A stretch of 64,000 nucleotides of DNA from Phycisphaerae bacterium. Lineage in GTDB: Bacteria; Planctomycetota; Phycisphaerae; UBA1845. Position numbers and translations under genes: made by a program. The stretch spans positions 288,001-352,000 of the forward strand of contig CAXXGO010000001.1 in assembly GCA_963666835.2 (NCBI GenBank). The letters are read 5' to 3'. This document shows, in pieces, positions 29,216 through 40,107 of the stretch. Within the stretch, counting starts at the first letter, position 1; every line of letters starts with the position of its first letter. The notes below the pieces were generated by a model. It worked only from the letters and a program-made list of their open reading frames with translations, was not told the origin of the DNA and made no database searches.

Positions 29216-30697
29216 TCACGCGCAAGCCGTCCCGCCCGCTGTGTCCGGCATCATCTTATGATAATCCGTGCGGAGTTGATACTGGTGCGCCGCAGCGAGC
29301 AAACGCCCTTCGGCAAAGGCGGGGCCGGCCAACTGCAGCCCGACGGGCATTCCGTCCGAATCAAACCCGCAGGGTACGCTCATCGCACAGAAGCCCCCGA
29401 GGTTGGCGGCAATCGTATGGACGTCCGTCACGTACATGTCCATCGGAACGCCCGTTTTTTCCCCCAGGCTAAACGCCGCCGTCGGTGACACCGGACCGGC
29501 AATCAAATCAACCTCCGAGAACGCCTGTTCATAATCCCGCTTGATCAGCGTTCGTACCTTGAGTGCTTTCGCATAGTAGGCGTCATAGTATCCGCTCGAG
29601 AGCACGAATGTGCCCAGCATTATCCGCCGCTTCGCCTCCGCCCCGAAGCCTTCACCCCGCGACCGGGCATAAAGATCAGCGACGTTCTCCGGTTGGTCCG
29701 TACGGTGCCCGTAATGCACGCCGTCAAACCGGGCTAGATTGCTGGAAGCTTCCGCCGAGGCGATTATGTAGTAGCACGCCACGGCATAGCGCGAGTGCGG
29801 TAGCCGAACCGGAACAACCTCCGCACCCGCACCACGCATTTCCTCGACCGCGGCCGCTACGCACTGGGCGACGGCATCGCTCGCCTCGGCAACGTCGTCG
29901 CCGCCCGCGCACACTCCAATCCGCAGCCCTTTCAACGGGCGGTCCAAACCGGCGACGTAGTCCGCTGCCAGTGAATCCACGCTCGTTGCGTCCCGTGAAT
30001 CGTGGCCGGCAATAACTCCCAACAGCAGCGCCGCATCGCGCACATTCGTAGTGATCGGGCCGATCTGATCGAGACTGCTCGCAAACGCCACGAGTCCATA
30101 ACGCGAGACCCGCCCATACGTAGGCTTGAGCCCCACGACCCCGCAATGAGCGCTAGGCTGCCGGATCGACCCGCCGGTATCGCTCCCCAGAGCCCCAGGC
30201 ACTACGCGGGCCGCCACCGCTGCGGCTGACCCACCCGACGACCCGCCGGCCACGCGCTGCAGGTTCCAGGGGTTGCGTGTGGCACCGCGAAAACCGTGCT
30301 CGGTGCTGGACCCCATCGCGAACTCGTCGAGGTTGGTCTTTCCGACGATGATCGCCCCGGCCTGCTCCAGCCGCTCCACAACCGCGGCGTTGTAGGCCGA
30401 GCGATACCCCGCCAGCATCTTCGAGCCGCACGATGTGCTCCCGAAATCCGTGCAGATGTTATCCTTGACCGCCAGGGGCACGCCCGCCAAAGGTCCCACC
30501 TCCGCACCGCGCGCCCGGGCCTTGTCAATCTGACGGGCACGCGATAACGCTCGTTCGCCGGTGCAGTCCAGAAACGCCCCGAGCCGAGAATCCTGTTCTT
30601 CCAAACGGTCGAGAGAGCGACGGACAACTTCTTCCGCGGAGCAATCTCCCGCTCGAACCCGGGCCGCAATGTCGGTAATGGTCTCGGGGAGAGTCAC
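29216..30697 (-). CDS. gatA: Asp/Glu-tRNA amidotransferase subunit A
   Basis: VKDNI, KTNLDEFAMGSS, GGSSGGS, GSDTGGSIRQP, KRRIMLGTF. Confidence 0.97.
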   Translation of the reverse strand: MTLPETITDIAARVRAGDCSAEEVVRRSLDRLEEQDSRLGAFLDCTGERALSRARQIDKARARGAEVGPLAGVPLAVKDNICTDFGSTSCGSKMLAGYRSAYNAAVVERLEQAGAIIVGKTNLDEFAMGSSTEHGFRGATRNPWNLQRVAGGSSGGSAAAVAARVVPGALGSDTGGSIRQPSAHCGVVGLKPTYGRVSRYGLVAFASSLDQIGPITTNVRDAALLLGVIAGHDSRDATSVDSLAADYVAGLDRPLKGLRIGVCAGGDDVAEASDAVAQCVAAAVEEMRGAGAEVVPVRLPHSRYAVACYYIIASAEASSNLARFDGVHYGHRTDQPENVADLYARSRGEGFGAEAKRRIMLGTFVLSSGYYDAYYAKALKVRTLIKRDYEQAFSEVDLIAGPVSPTAAFSLGEKTGVPMDMYVTDVHTIAANLGGFCAMSVPCGFDSDGMPVGLQLAGPAFAEGRLLAAAHQYQLRTDYHKMMPDTAGGTACA

Positions 30698-31005
30698 GGC
30701 TTAAGTGTCGTCCTGTTCGAGAACCCGGGGCACCGAAAGAGCGTTCCTTGTCGATCCGGGGCGTTGCGTAGAGCATGTTCCGTTGAGAGCGACGGCACAA
30801 CCTGGTCTTCGCGCAGGGCATCTGCGGAGATTGCCGGATGATCCAGGGGCAGAACGTCGGAGGTGTCCAACTCCTTGAGCCGCTCCATGTAGGCCAACAC
30901 CTGGGCCAACTGGCCCGCATATTGTGACAACTCTGTGTCGCTAATGGCCAGCCGGGCGAGATGGGCAATGTGCCGAACGGTAGTTTCATCCAATGGGGAC
31001 GCCAT
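30694..31005 (-). CDS. gatC: Asp/Glu-tRNA amidotransferase subunit C (apparent 1-nt frameshift near the 3' end)
   Basis: VRHIAHLARL, LREDQV, ALRNAP; canonical VPRVL tail lies in another frame. Confidence 0.9.
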   Translation of the reverse strand: MASPLDETTVRHIAHLARLAISDTELSQYAGQLAQVLAYMERLKELDTSDVLPLDHPAISADALREDQVVPSLSTEHALRNAPDRQGTLFRCPGFSNRTTLKP

Positions 31006-31212
31006 ACCGGTAAACCCTCTGCGAAGCCCTCATAGTCCAGCGAGCCAATGAGATGGTTACCTCAAGCGTAGGTGCGGTCAAGCGCGGACCGGAGCAAGCG
31101 AGCGTTGCCCTGTGACTCCAAAACAGGCTCAGCCGGAAAGGTGGCAAGATAGCAGCCGCCGGCAAGGGTGTCGCCGCCCGTGAATGGTGAAGCGCAACAG
31201 TCCAGTCAACGC

Positions 31213-31375
31213 TAAGCCGGGTTATTCGCGACGTTTGCACGAATGCGCACAACTTACTGTAACGGCGCCCCGTGGTTGACGTCATGGAAACACAGCGAGC
31301 TTCCACGCCAGGGACAAGCCCTGGCGCTACATTGACTCACGGCCTGGTCTTCGCTTGGATTAATAGTCCGGGCTC
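31213..31375. mobile_element. MITE-like element (~165 bp)
   Basis: Imperfect TIRs TAAGCCGGGTTATT / AATAGTCCGGGCT; inverted homologue at 58433-58596. Confidence 0.72.
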
Positions 31376-31490
31376 AATAGCCCCCATCGAACGGGGTGGG
31401 AAATCGAGAACGCGGACGCCTCCTCCCAACCTCGACGATTCGGAAGCGGCGCCGCCTGGTACGTCGTAGTTCGCCTCAGCGTGCGACTCG

Positions 31491-31970
31491 CTAGACGGTC
31501 ATATCGAGCTCGCCGCCCGTGCCGGATGGGGTGTTACCTCCGGTATCGAACGCCCCGGCTCCCGTACCGGCCACAATCGACGTTGTTGTCTGCTGGATCG
31601 AGATAGTCGTCGAGGAGCTGAAGATGCCGATATACTGCGACCGATCTCCCGCCCCGCCGGCAAGCTGGTTCATGGTCTGCTCCCCGGAGTCCTGTTGGCT
31701 GTCCAACAGGGCCATGAGGATCATCGCCGCGATCAGAAACTGCAGCAGCTTATCGGCCTCGCTGTTGCCGCCGATTGACTGCATGAACTGCTGCACCGTT
31801 GAAGAAAGCTGCGAAATGGTCTGCGAGCTTTCAATCGACGTTGCCGTCGTCGTAAGCGACGCGGAACCGGCGGTTGCCGCCCCTGCGGTGGACTGTGCGA
31901 TGTTAGCGTTCGGCTGGACGCTCGCCGCCTGGCTCGTGTAGCCGGCACTAATCGGTGAAATCGGATCCAT
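31491..31970 (-). CDS. Ser/Thr/Gln-rich hypothetical protein
   Basis: Clean ORF with RBS GAGGGG; ends GGELDMTV. Confidence 0.7.
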   Translation of the reverse strand: MDPISPISAGYTSQAASVQPNANIAQSTAGAATAGSASLTTTATSIESSQTISQLSSTVQQFMQSIGGNSEADKLLQFLIAAMILMALLDSQQDSGEQTMNQLAGGAGDRSQYIGIFSSSTTISIQQTTTSIVAGTGAGAFDTGGNTPSGTGGELDMTV

Positions 31971-32435
31971 GGTTCTATCCCCTCACAACTCCCGGTCGCG
32001 CTCTCCGCGCGGATCACCTCCCTCGTCCTTCTACAAACCTATGTCCGTTCATCTCGATTAACGCGAGCCCGGCATAACTTATTTCTGGCAAAGAGGTTAC
32101 GCCTATCGGCCCCGCCAGCTCGCCGTGACGGTTATGCGGCTTGTCTTGCCAGGGCAACGTTGCGGGCCGGGCAATGATGCATCAGAACAACAACGCCGAG
32201 CTGCCCGCGGCGAGGGTATTTCACAAGGCAAAACGTCGGGCTCTGCCCGACAACTCTCTCGAGGGGTTCATGTGACCGCACGTCGATATAGGCCGTTGTG
32301 CTCCAAGGGCCTGATTTGCTAGGATGGCGATGCGGTGCCTGGCCCAGCTCCGATAACCTGTTGGCTCTGAGGCTGAAAATGGGCGACGGGCACGCGAGAA
32401 CCGATATATAGCTGGTGTGACGCATTCGGCCACTA

Positions 32436-33356
32436 GTGAGTATTACAGCTTTGCGTTCTTCGACGAATGTCTCCTCAGCCGCCGCCCAGGCGTGCGCAAA
32501 GATCAACCTGACTCTGCGCGTTTTGGGGAAACGCGCGGATGGCTTCCATGAGCTTGAGTCTCTGGTGGTCGGTGCAGATCTGTGCGACCGGGTGGAATGC
32601 ACTATCGATAGCGAACCCGGGATATCCCTGGCCTGCAACGACCCCGCCCTGGCGCAGCCGGACAATCTCGTCTGCCGTGCGGCCGCTCACTTGGCCAAGC
32701 GGCGCGGGCTGGATCCCGCCCTGCGGATCAAGCTCGATAAGAAGATTCCAGTTGGTGCGGGCTTAGGGGGCGGGAGCAGCGACGCGGCGGCCACGCTCCG
32801 CATCTGCAATCAGCTTTGGATGACGGGACTCGACGATACCGAGCTGGCGTCTCTCGGCGCGGATCTGGGCTCGGACATACCGCTCTTTTTCGGCCTGCCG
32901 AGCGTGCTGATGACCGGTCGCGGTGAGCGGGTAACGCCTATGCTGCTTTGCTGGAGCGGTTGGGCTCTGTTGGCTTTTGCCGGTCCTCTCGTGCCAACCG
33001 CCAGCGTTTACAGAGCTTGGCGCCCTTCGGACGTTGCGCCTCACTCCGACGATCAGGTCGAACGGCTCGCCGAGGCTTCAAGCGCCCAAGAGCTAAGCGC
33101 GATGTTAATCAACGATTTGGAGGCGGCCGTGTTTCGCGTTTCCCCAACGGTCGCCCACGTGTACGATGAACTCAACCGATTGGGCATCGGTCCGATGCGA
33201 ATCAGCGGCGCCGGATCGGCGCTGTACCGCCTGTTTGACGAAAGAGCCGAGGCTTGTGAAGCCGCGTCGAGGATAGAGGCGGAGGACCCGAGAGTGGAGA
33301 CAACAGTGGTGGCCGTGCCCGTCGGAAAACACAACATGGTGAGCAAGGAGAACTAA
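32436..33356 (+). CDS. ispE: 4-diphosphocytidyl-2-C-methyl-D-erythritol kinase
   Basis: AKINLTL, DGFHEL, KKIPVGAGLGGGSSDAA, LGSDIP, SGAGS. Confidence 0.96.
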   Translation: MSITALRSSTNVSSAAAQACAKINLTLRVLGKRADGFHELESLVVGADLCDRVECTIDSEPGISLACNDPALAQPDNLVCRAAAHLAKRRGLDPALRIKLDKKIPVGAGLGGGSSDAAATLRICNQLWMTGLDDTELASLGADLGSDIPLFFGLPSVLMTGRGERVTPMLLCWSGWALLAFAGPLVPTASVYRAWRPSDVAPHSDDQVERLAEASSAQELSAMLINDLEAAVFRVSPTVAHVYDELNRLGIGPMRISGAGSALYRLFDERAEACEAASRIEAEDPRVETTVVAVPVGKHNMVSKEN

Positions 33357-33357
33357 A

Positions 33358-34254
33358 TTGGATATCACCGACGTACGCATTAAGCTCGTCAACGACAACA
33401 CCGACCGACTCAAGGCGTTTTGCAGTATTACGCTCGACGACGAGTTCGTGATTCGAGACATCAAGCTGGTGGAGGGCACCAACGGGTTGTTCGTGGCGAT
33501 GCCGTCGCGGAAGTTGTCCTCGTCCTGCCCCGAGTGCCGCCATAAGAATCCCTTGCAGGCCCATTACTGCAACGACTGCGGAGCGGAGTTGCCCAAGCAG
33601 CGCATGCCTACCGACGACCTGGGCCGGATGAAGCTCTATCGCGATATTGCTCATCCGATTACTCCGGATTTTCGGCAGACGCTTCAGGACCGAATCGCCC
33701 AGGCCTACGAACTGGAATGCGAGGAAGTGGATGAGGACGCCCTCGAAGAGTGCGGATTCTCCGCGGAAGATTCGGCAGAGGACGCAACGGAGGAGGAGAC
33801 TGACGTCCGTTCCGACGCCATTGACGAGGACGAGACCGACGAACCGAGCGAATACAGTTCGCTCATTGCTAACCTGAACCCGGGAGAGCGTTCCCGCCAA
33901 AGGGGTCGGACCGAAACCCGCGGTGGCGACCATCGCCAAAGGCAAGGCTCAGCCCAGGATGCCAAAGGTCGCGGACGGCGCCGGAAGCGTCCGTCTCAGA
34001 GGTCCTCGGGCGACCGAACGGAACAGGTGCAAGGCCCCAAGACGGCGACGACGGAGAAGGTCGTCGGACGTCGTGACGCGAAATCCGGTAAACCGGCGTT
34101 TTCGCAGAAGACCGGCCCGAAGGACGAGGAGGTCCTACCGGTCGGAGCCGGTAGCGTTAGTAACAAATTGTCGTCACAGAAGCCGACTGAGCAGCACCGG
34201 CCGGTGGAGACAACCCAGGAAGACCCCGACGCATTCGGTGCCGGGATTCTGTAG
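33358..34254 (+). CDS. spoVG: SpoVG-family protein with Zn ribbon and long disordered tail
   Basis: ITDVRIK, LKAFCSITLD, GLFVAMPSRK, CPEC..CNDC, DIAHPI. Confidence 0.92.
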   Translation: MDITDVRIKLVNDNTDRLKAFCSITLDDEFVIRDIKLVEGTNGLFVAMPSRKLSSSCPECRHKNPLQAHYCNDCGAELPKQRMPTDDLGRMKLYRDIAHPITPDFRQTLQDRIAQAYELECEEVDEDALEECGFSAEDSAEDATEEETDVRSDAIDEDETDEPSEYSSLIANLNPGERSRQRGRTETRGGDHRQRQGSAQDAKGRGRRRKRPSQRSSGDRTEQVQGPKTATTEKVVGRRDAKSGKPAFSQKTGPKDEEVLPVGAGSVSNKLSSQKPTEQHRPVETTQEDPDAFGAGIL

Positions 34255-34377
34255 ATAGCATCCGACTTGTTTATCCACCCCGGCGTATGGGGAAAAGAGA
34301 CTGCAAACAAGGGGCCGGGAGGCAGAGAACTGCGGAACCGGACCCCGCTTTTTGAGAAACTGACACGGAGCCATTGA

Positions 34378-35898
34378 ATGTCCAGCACAGCGGAAACCAT
34401 GGAGAAGATCGTCGCACTTTGTCGCCGTCGCGGGTTCATCTTCGGCAGTAGCGAGATCTACGGGGGCATCGGCGGCTTCTGGGATTACGGCCCGTTAGGG
34501 ACGGAGCTCAAGCGCAACATCAAAGAGGCCTGGTGGAATGACATGGTCCGCAACCCGCCGCCCGGTCCGAACGGAACGACGTTCCAGATGGTCGGGGTGG
34601 ATTGCTCGATCATTATGAACCCCAAGGTCTGGGAAGCCTCCGGGCATGTGGGCGGGTTCAGCGATCCGATGGTGGACTGCACTGAGTGCAAGAAGCGCTT
34701 CCGGGCGGATAAGGCGTGGGTGGTTAACCTCTTCAAGGGCGATGCGGAAACGCCAGTCCTGACGGTCGGTGTGGAAGCGGATACCGACGAGGAGGCGGCC
34801 TCTTTGGCGATTGGCGGTTTGAGCTCGAAGCAGAAGAAAGCCGTCGGTGTTGGAGCGCAGGAGGTTCGCACGGCTGCTACAGTCGTGGGCGAGCTGCCGG
34901 AATCCGCTGAACGAAAATGCCCCGCGTGCCAGGCAAACGCCCTGACCGAGCCTCGTGAATTCAACCTGATGTTCCAGACGTACGTCGGAGCTCTGCAGGA
35001 CGCGACCAGTATTGCGTACCTTAGGCCGGAGACGGCGCAGGGGATCTTCGCCAACTTCAAGAATGTGATCGATACGTCGCGGGTCAAACTGCCCCTGGGT
35101 ATCGCTCAGATGGGCAAGAGCTTCCGCAACGAAATCAACCCGCGTAACTACACGTTCCGTTCGCGCGAGTTCGAGCAATACGAAATAGAGTTCTTCTGCC
35201 ACCCGTCGGAGGCGGGGATGTGGTACGAGTTCTGGCGCGACACGCGCCATCAGTGGTACACGGGGCTGGGCCTTAAGAGCGAGAAGCTCCGTCTGCGCGA
35301 GCACGTGGGGAACGAGCTGGCCCACTATGCCGAGGCGTGCGCCGACGTCGAATTCGACTTCCCCTTCGGGCTCAGTGAGTTGGAGGGCATCGCCAACCGC
35401 ACGGACTACGATCTGAAGGCCCACATCGATAAGAGTGGCAAGGACTTGTCATATTTCGACGCCGAGCGTAAGGAGCGGTTCGTCCCGTACGTCATCGAGC
35501 CGTCCGGCGGTATCGATCGGAGCGTGCTGGCGTTTATTACCGAGGCATATACCGTTGACGAGAACCGGGCCAGCCCTGAGTTTATGAAGTTCCACCCGCG
35601 GCTCGCCCCGATCAAGGCGGCCGTGTTCCCCCTCGTGGCCAAGGACGGCATGCCGGACATCGCCGAGCCCATTTTCCGCGAGCTGAAGAAACAGTACCCG
35701 TGTCAATACGATTCCAAGCAGTCGATTGGGAAGCGTTACGCCCGCATGGACGAGGCCGGCACCCCGTACTGCTTCACGATCGACGGACAAAGCAAGGAGG
35801 ACGGCACGGTCACCGTGCGCAGCCGCGACGACGCGAGCCAGGACCGCATCGACAAGTCGCGCTGCCTCGAGTATCTGCGCGACAAGCTGGCCCAGTAA
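34378..35898 (+). CDS. glyQS: Glycine--tRNA ligase (alpha2 type)
   Basis: SSEIYGG, DYGPLG, LRPETAQGIF, GKSFRNE, FRSREFEQ, SIGKRYAR. Confidence 0.97.
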   Translation: MSSTAETMEKIVALCRRRGFIFGSSEIYGGIGGFWDYGPLGTELKRNIKEAWWNDMVRNPPPGPNGTTFQMVGVDCSIIMNPKVWEASGHVGGFSDPMVDCTECKKRFRADKAWVVNLFKGDAETPVLTVGVEADTDEEAASLAIGGLSSKQKKAVGVGAQEVRTAATVVGELPESAERKCPACQANALTEPREFNLMFQTYVGALQDATSIAYLRPETAQGIFANFKNVIDTSRVKLPLGIAQMGKSFRNEINPRNYTFRSREFEQYEIEFFCHPSEAGMWYEFWRDTRHQWYTGLGLKSEKLRLREHVGNELAHYAEACADVEFDFPFGLSELEGIANRTDYDLKAHIDKSGKDLSYFDAERKERFVPYVIEPSGGIDRSVLAFITEAYTVDENRASPEFMKFHPRLAPIKAAVFPLVAKDGMPDIAEPIFRELKKQYPCQYDSKQSIGKRYARMDEAGTPYCFTIDGQSKEDGTVTVRSRDDASQDRIDKSRCLEYLRDKLAQ

Positions 35899-35907
35899 GC
35901 GTCGGCT

Positions 35908-35954
35908 GGGTGCCCCATGGCTTTAGTCGGGTGGCCCATGGCTTTAGCCGTGGG
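35908..35954. repeat. CCCATGGC-TTTA-GCCGTGGG hairpin (IS200/IS605-end or REP-like) with tandem half-copy
   Basis: 19-mer duplicated at 35908 and 35929; the same 19-mer at 15367. Confidence 0.65.
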
Positions 35955-36035
35955 GGAAGATCTTCGATGTTCGGATAATCGGGTGGCGCCAGCCGTTGGG
36001 GAAGGCCGCCCATTCTTTGCTGGAGGCCAGGATGT

Positions 36036-37985
36036 CTATTCAGAGCGGGCGACTGTTCCGGCGATTCGTCCGGAATGCTCCGCCAGGGCGCTCGAGAACC
36101 AGCCTCGCATGGAAGAAGGGACGAGCTTGCGGGCCGTGTCGAGTGCCTCGGCAGCGGCAGTAGCGTCTCCGGCCTCATACTGTAAGCGCGACATCAACGT
36201 GTAGAGAATAGCATTGGAGTCCGGATGTTGCTTGGGCAAAGCGATCAGGTCGCGACAAGCTGTTAGCATCCGCTCATTGGCAGTACCGGCCGAATCCGGT
36301 CGGCTCAGAACATCCAAGCCGCGGAACTTCAGTAGTGACATTCCCGGCGGAGCGTGCTGCAAGCCCTGGTCGAGGAACTCGGGCTTACGCTCCGAGCGCT
36401 CGTAGGCAACCCGGTCCGACTCGGGATGGCGGTACGGAACCACGAGAAAGCAACGCCCGGTCTGGCCAACGAGACGTTGCCAATGGGCTTTATCAATTGC
36501 CAGAGACCAGGCCGGCTCGGCCAACGGGCGATTCTGATCGGCCGGCCAATCGTACTTGCCCCAAAACGTCGGCTGCGATCCTCCGAACGGCTCATCTCGG
36601 AATACAATAACAACGTCCTCCTCGCGGGCCTGCCCCGCCAGGTACTCCGCGCAACCGCGCCAATCAGGACGCGTATACCGCCCCATCAGCCGGACGGTTC
36701 CCATTGCAGGGGTCGCCAGTAACGCGATCGTTCCGATTGTCGCCAGCCCACGGACTGCGAAAACCGGCCGCCGAACATGCCAGGTCGCACGAAGAGCGGC
36801 CACCAGGGCCACGGCCGCAAAGAACGCCACCACCGGCACCAGAAACAACGCATAACGACCGCGGATCGGTTCGTGCGGGGCGAAGACCGTAAACACCGAC
36901 AGGTACACCGGCGCGAGGATCACCATAACCGTGCAAACGAGCGCGTTGGCAAACGGAAGCACTCGGCGACGCCGCCAACAGACAACGACACCGATTACAG
37001 CCAGTACTAGGAATGCCGGATGGTAGTCACCGAACATCACGAGAGTCGCCTGCCGCCAAACGCTTAGGTGCTCGACGATTCTGTTGAAGAACGGCTCCGC
37101 CAAACGGGCGGACGGTCCGGTTCCCGCGCGAGACAGGCTGACAATCGAAACCGCCCGAGGGGCGAAGTGGATGTAGGCCAGTACCATGGGGATCGTAGCC
37201 AACCCGATAAGGAGCGTAACCCACCACGCGCGCCGCAACGTCCCCGATCGCGCTGCCACCGGTGTCGGTGCGCTCAACCGCAACGCGATCAGCGCGGAGG
37301 TGAGGACGATTCCGCAGGAAAGCAGTACCACCATCGGGCCCACGCTTCGCGTCAGAGTCATCACATAGGCGGCCGCTGCGAAGACGATCACCCGGCGTCG
37401 ATCCGCCCGCTCCAGTACGCAAGCCAGTGCCCAGAGCGTGACCAAAAGTGCGGCAATGAAGATGGTATAGGGTCGAGCGTCCTGGCTGGCCCGCCAATGC
37501 ATTGGCGAGAAAGTCAAGATCGTGGCCGCAATCAGGCCCTCACGCCAGGACGCCAACCGTCGCCCCAGCAGGAAACAGGCCGCGACCCCGGTGACGCCGA
37601 AGAAAGCCGCGGGCGTCCGGCGGAGGTAGTCGGAGGCTTCGATCTTACTGACGGCCCACCCCAGGACGTAGTCCAGCGGCGGCTGCCATTGGGACAACGC
37701 GGTCCGCGCCACATAGTGCGGCGGCAGCGCGTACGATCGGGTCTGAAGGTACTCATCCTCCCAGCGGCCCTCGCGTCCCAAGCCCCAAAACCGCAGGACG
37801 GCCGCGATCACCAGAATAGCCAGCAATGCGGCAGGTACGAACCACCTGCGGCCACGGCAGCAAGACCGGTTGAGTGGAGGCGCAGCTTCGCCCGCCGCGC
37901 ACTTAGGCGATTCAGCGTGCGGATCCGCTGAGGAGGGCTTCGTCTTGGATGTTGACGGTCTTGCCGGTGACACGTTGAACCTCAA
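36036..37985 (-). CDS. GT39/PMT-like (GT-C) membrane glycosyltransferase
   Basis: LRFWGLG..WEDE, QPPLDY, SQDARPY, RYALFL, PDWRG; start uncertain. Confidence 0.85.
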   Translation of the reverse strand: MRFNVSPARPSTSKTKPSSADPHAESPKCAAGEAAPPLNRSCCRGRRWFVPAALLAILVIAAVLRFWGLGREGRWEDEYLQTRSYALPPHYVARTALSQWQPPLDYVLGWAVSKIEASDYLRRTPAAFFGVTGVAACFLLGRRLASWREGLIAATILTFSPMHWRASQDARPYTIFIAALLVTLWALACVLERADRRRVIVFAAAAYVMTLTRSVGPMVVLLSCGIVLTSALIALRLSAPTPVAARSGTLRRAWWVTLLIGLATIPMVLAYIHFAPRAVSIVSLSRAGTGPSARLAEPFFNRIVEHLSVWRQATLVMFGDYHPAFLVLAVIGVVVCWRRRRVLPFANALVCTVMVILAPVYLSVFTVFAPHEPIRGRYALFLVPVVAFFAAVALVAALRATWHVRRPVFAVRGLATIGTIALLATPAMGTVRLMGRYTRPDWRGCAEYLAGQAREEDVVIVFRDEPFGGSQPTFWGKYDWPADQNRPLAEPAWSLAIDKAHWQRLVGQTGRCFLVVPYRHPESDRVAYERSERKPEFLDQGLQHAPPGMSLLKFRGLDVLSRPDSAGTANERMLTACRDLIALPKQHPDSNAILYTLMSRLQYEAGDATAAAEALDTARKLVPSSMRGWFSSALAEHSGRIAGTVARSE

Positions 37986-38379
37986 TCGTCCCGGGCACGC
38001 TCTGTGAACTACTGGCTACTGCGTTCAACAAGCTCTGAAACGCCGCCCGGTCCTCAACCAACGGCTGCCTCCAGGCAGTCGCGTAGTTGCGGGAACACGG
38101 CACATGGTCCTCGCGGGGAGTGGTCCGCGGTGATGCCACCTCGGCGCCAGCCCTTCGAGAAACCTCGTACGTGTGGGTAATATCGGGCGTTCGGCGTGCC
38201 GATTTGAGACCGCAACCGGGAGAACCCGGGCTCGGCAGCGCGACGAACCCGGTGCGCGACCGATATTAACGTGTTGCAGGCCTGCTAGCTCCAGCTTGCG
38301 CGGCCAACGTCCGAAAAACAGAAAGCAGGGCGTCTGCGCGGTCGAAGCGCTTACGCCCGAGGTGCGAAGCGAGATACGC

Positions 38380-40035
38380 ATGGACATTGGACAACCACAG
38401 CCCGAACCGCGAAGCGGCGCTCGAATCGCGCCGATTCTGTGGGGCGTCGCGGGGCTGGCGTTGTTCGTCCATGTGCTGGCCTTCAGCGCCTCGCAGCTCT
38501 GGCTCTACCCCGATTCGAGGTGGTACATCGAACTGGCGGTCGGCATCGCGGAGCGGCTGGACCTGGCCGACGAACGCTTCCTCATTCGGACCCCGGGTTA
38601 TCCGCTGATGCTGGCCTCCATATTCTCAATCTTCGGGCGAACCAGCCCGACGGCCATTCTGGTAATCCAACATGCCATGGTTGTGGCAATCGCCGTGGTG
38701 GCGACTCTGACGGGCTGGTATTTGACCTCATCCCGCAGCATTGCCTTGTTGGCCGGCATCCTGACGGCGTGCAGCTTGCCGCTGATCGGCTTTGCGAACG
38801 TCGTGATGACCGAAGTACCGTACACGCTGGCGTTGGTGGTCTCGGTGTGCTTTCTGGTGAAATACCACCGCTTCGGGGGAACGTGGTCGCTGGGCCTCGC
38901 ATCGCTGGTGGGCGGATTGGCATGCCTGTTCAGACCGGTCGGGATGATCATCATTGCGTTCTGCGCGATGGCCGCCCTTCACCGGCTGTGGGTCGAGTAC
39001 CGTACGGCCGAACGTCGTAACCTGAAGATGCGCCAAGTTGCGGCGGTCCTGAGCTCGGCGATTGCCCCGGCGATGTTGATCTCGTTGCCGTTCGTGATTC
39101 ACAATGCGGTCAACGGAAGTGGTCAACAGGCCGGATGTACGATGGGAATCTCCCTTTTTCATCGTGTTGCTCATGTAGAACGTCGCGACTCAGAAGATAG
39201 CGCAACATGGTCGGAGATCCGCAACGTCGTCGAGGAGGCTAAACAAGCAGGCCATCTGGGCGCTTCGGGCTCAGCTCGTCGTTGGTGGGACGTCTGGTGC
39301 GCTTACCGAAACGTCCGCGGAGAGTCACTGGCCGAGACCAGCACCGCGGTCACCCGAGCGGCTCTCGACCTCGCCGCCGAAGACTGGTCGCAGTTCGCAC
39401 AAGATACGATCACTTATGCGGGGCGGACTCTCTTGATGCCGGACCCGACCTATCGGTACCAGCCCAGGCCGGATTCCGTTCGCGCCGGTGTAGCTGCAGC
39501 GGACGATGCGATTCTCGACATCTCCATGTTCGAACCGAATGTACGCAGATACATGGCCTCGGAGATTCTGGAGAAGTACCTGCCGCTGCACTACGACGTC
39601 GCGGCGACCACGCCGTTGTGGACGACTATAGCCGTCTGGGCGTATGACCATATCGAAGCAGGTCCGCCCATCATAGGAATGGGCGACTCTCCGTATGAAG
39701 AATTTGCTTTCCTTTGTGCGGCGGGGGCCTTGCTCGCGTTGGGTCTTCGCGAACGGTGGACCTGGCTCTTGGTTAGCGGAATAGCCTTCGGGCAGGTGAT
39801 AGCGTCGGCGCTTCTTGCCGGAACCGTTCCGCGTTACGCCATTCCGGTGCAGCCATTGTTGAACCTCTGCGCCGCGTTGTTGATCGTCGCTGTCTGCCGA
39901 ACTCTGCTGCGGGGTGTACGCGCCGTAGTCCGACGCAAAGGGATGCCGCAAGTGCGGGGTGTCAAACGACGACAGGATCTTTGCGCGCCGTTTGCGTCCG
40001 AGATTCGGATCAAGCGTTCGCTCACGACCGGATGA
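38380..40035 (+). CDS. GT-C-like membrane protein
   Basis: YPDSRWY, RTPGYPL, VMTE, FRPVG, PRYAIPV. Confidence 0.82.
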   Translation: MDIGQPQPEPRSGARIAPILWGVAGLALFVHVLAFSASQLWLYPDSRWYIELAVGIAERLDLADERFLIRTPGYPLMLASIFSIFGRTSPTAILVIQHAMVVAIAVVATLTGWYLTSSRSIALLAGILTACSLPLIGFANVVMTEVPYTLALVVSVCFLVKYHRFGGTWSLGLASLVGGLACLFRPVGMIIIAFCAMAALHRLWVEYRTAERRNLKMRQVAAVLSSAIAPAMLISLPFVIHNAVNGSGQQAGCTMGISLFHRVAHVERRDSEDSATWSEIRNVVEEAKQAGHLGASGSARRWWDVWCAYRNVRGESLAETSTAVTRAALDLAAEDWSQFAQDTITYAGRTLLMPDPTYRYQPRPDSVRAGVAAADDAILDISMFEPNVRRYMASEILEKYLPLHYDVAATTPLWTTIAVWAYDHIEAGPPIIGMGDSPYEEFAFLCAAGALLALGLRERWTWLLVSGIAFGQVIASALLAGTVPRYAIPVQPLLNLCAALLIVAVCRTLLRGVRAVVRRKGMPQVRGVKRRQDLCAPFASEIRIKRSLTTG

Positions 40036-40107
40036 CCCTCAGAACGGCGTTCGCTCGAAACCGAATTGCGAGGTAGTCTGACCGTTTTGCCGACAGGAAG
40101 CGTTTAC

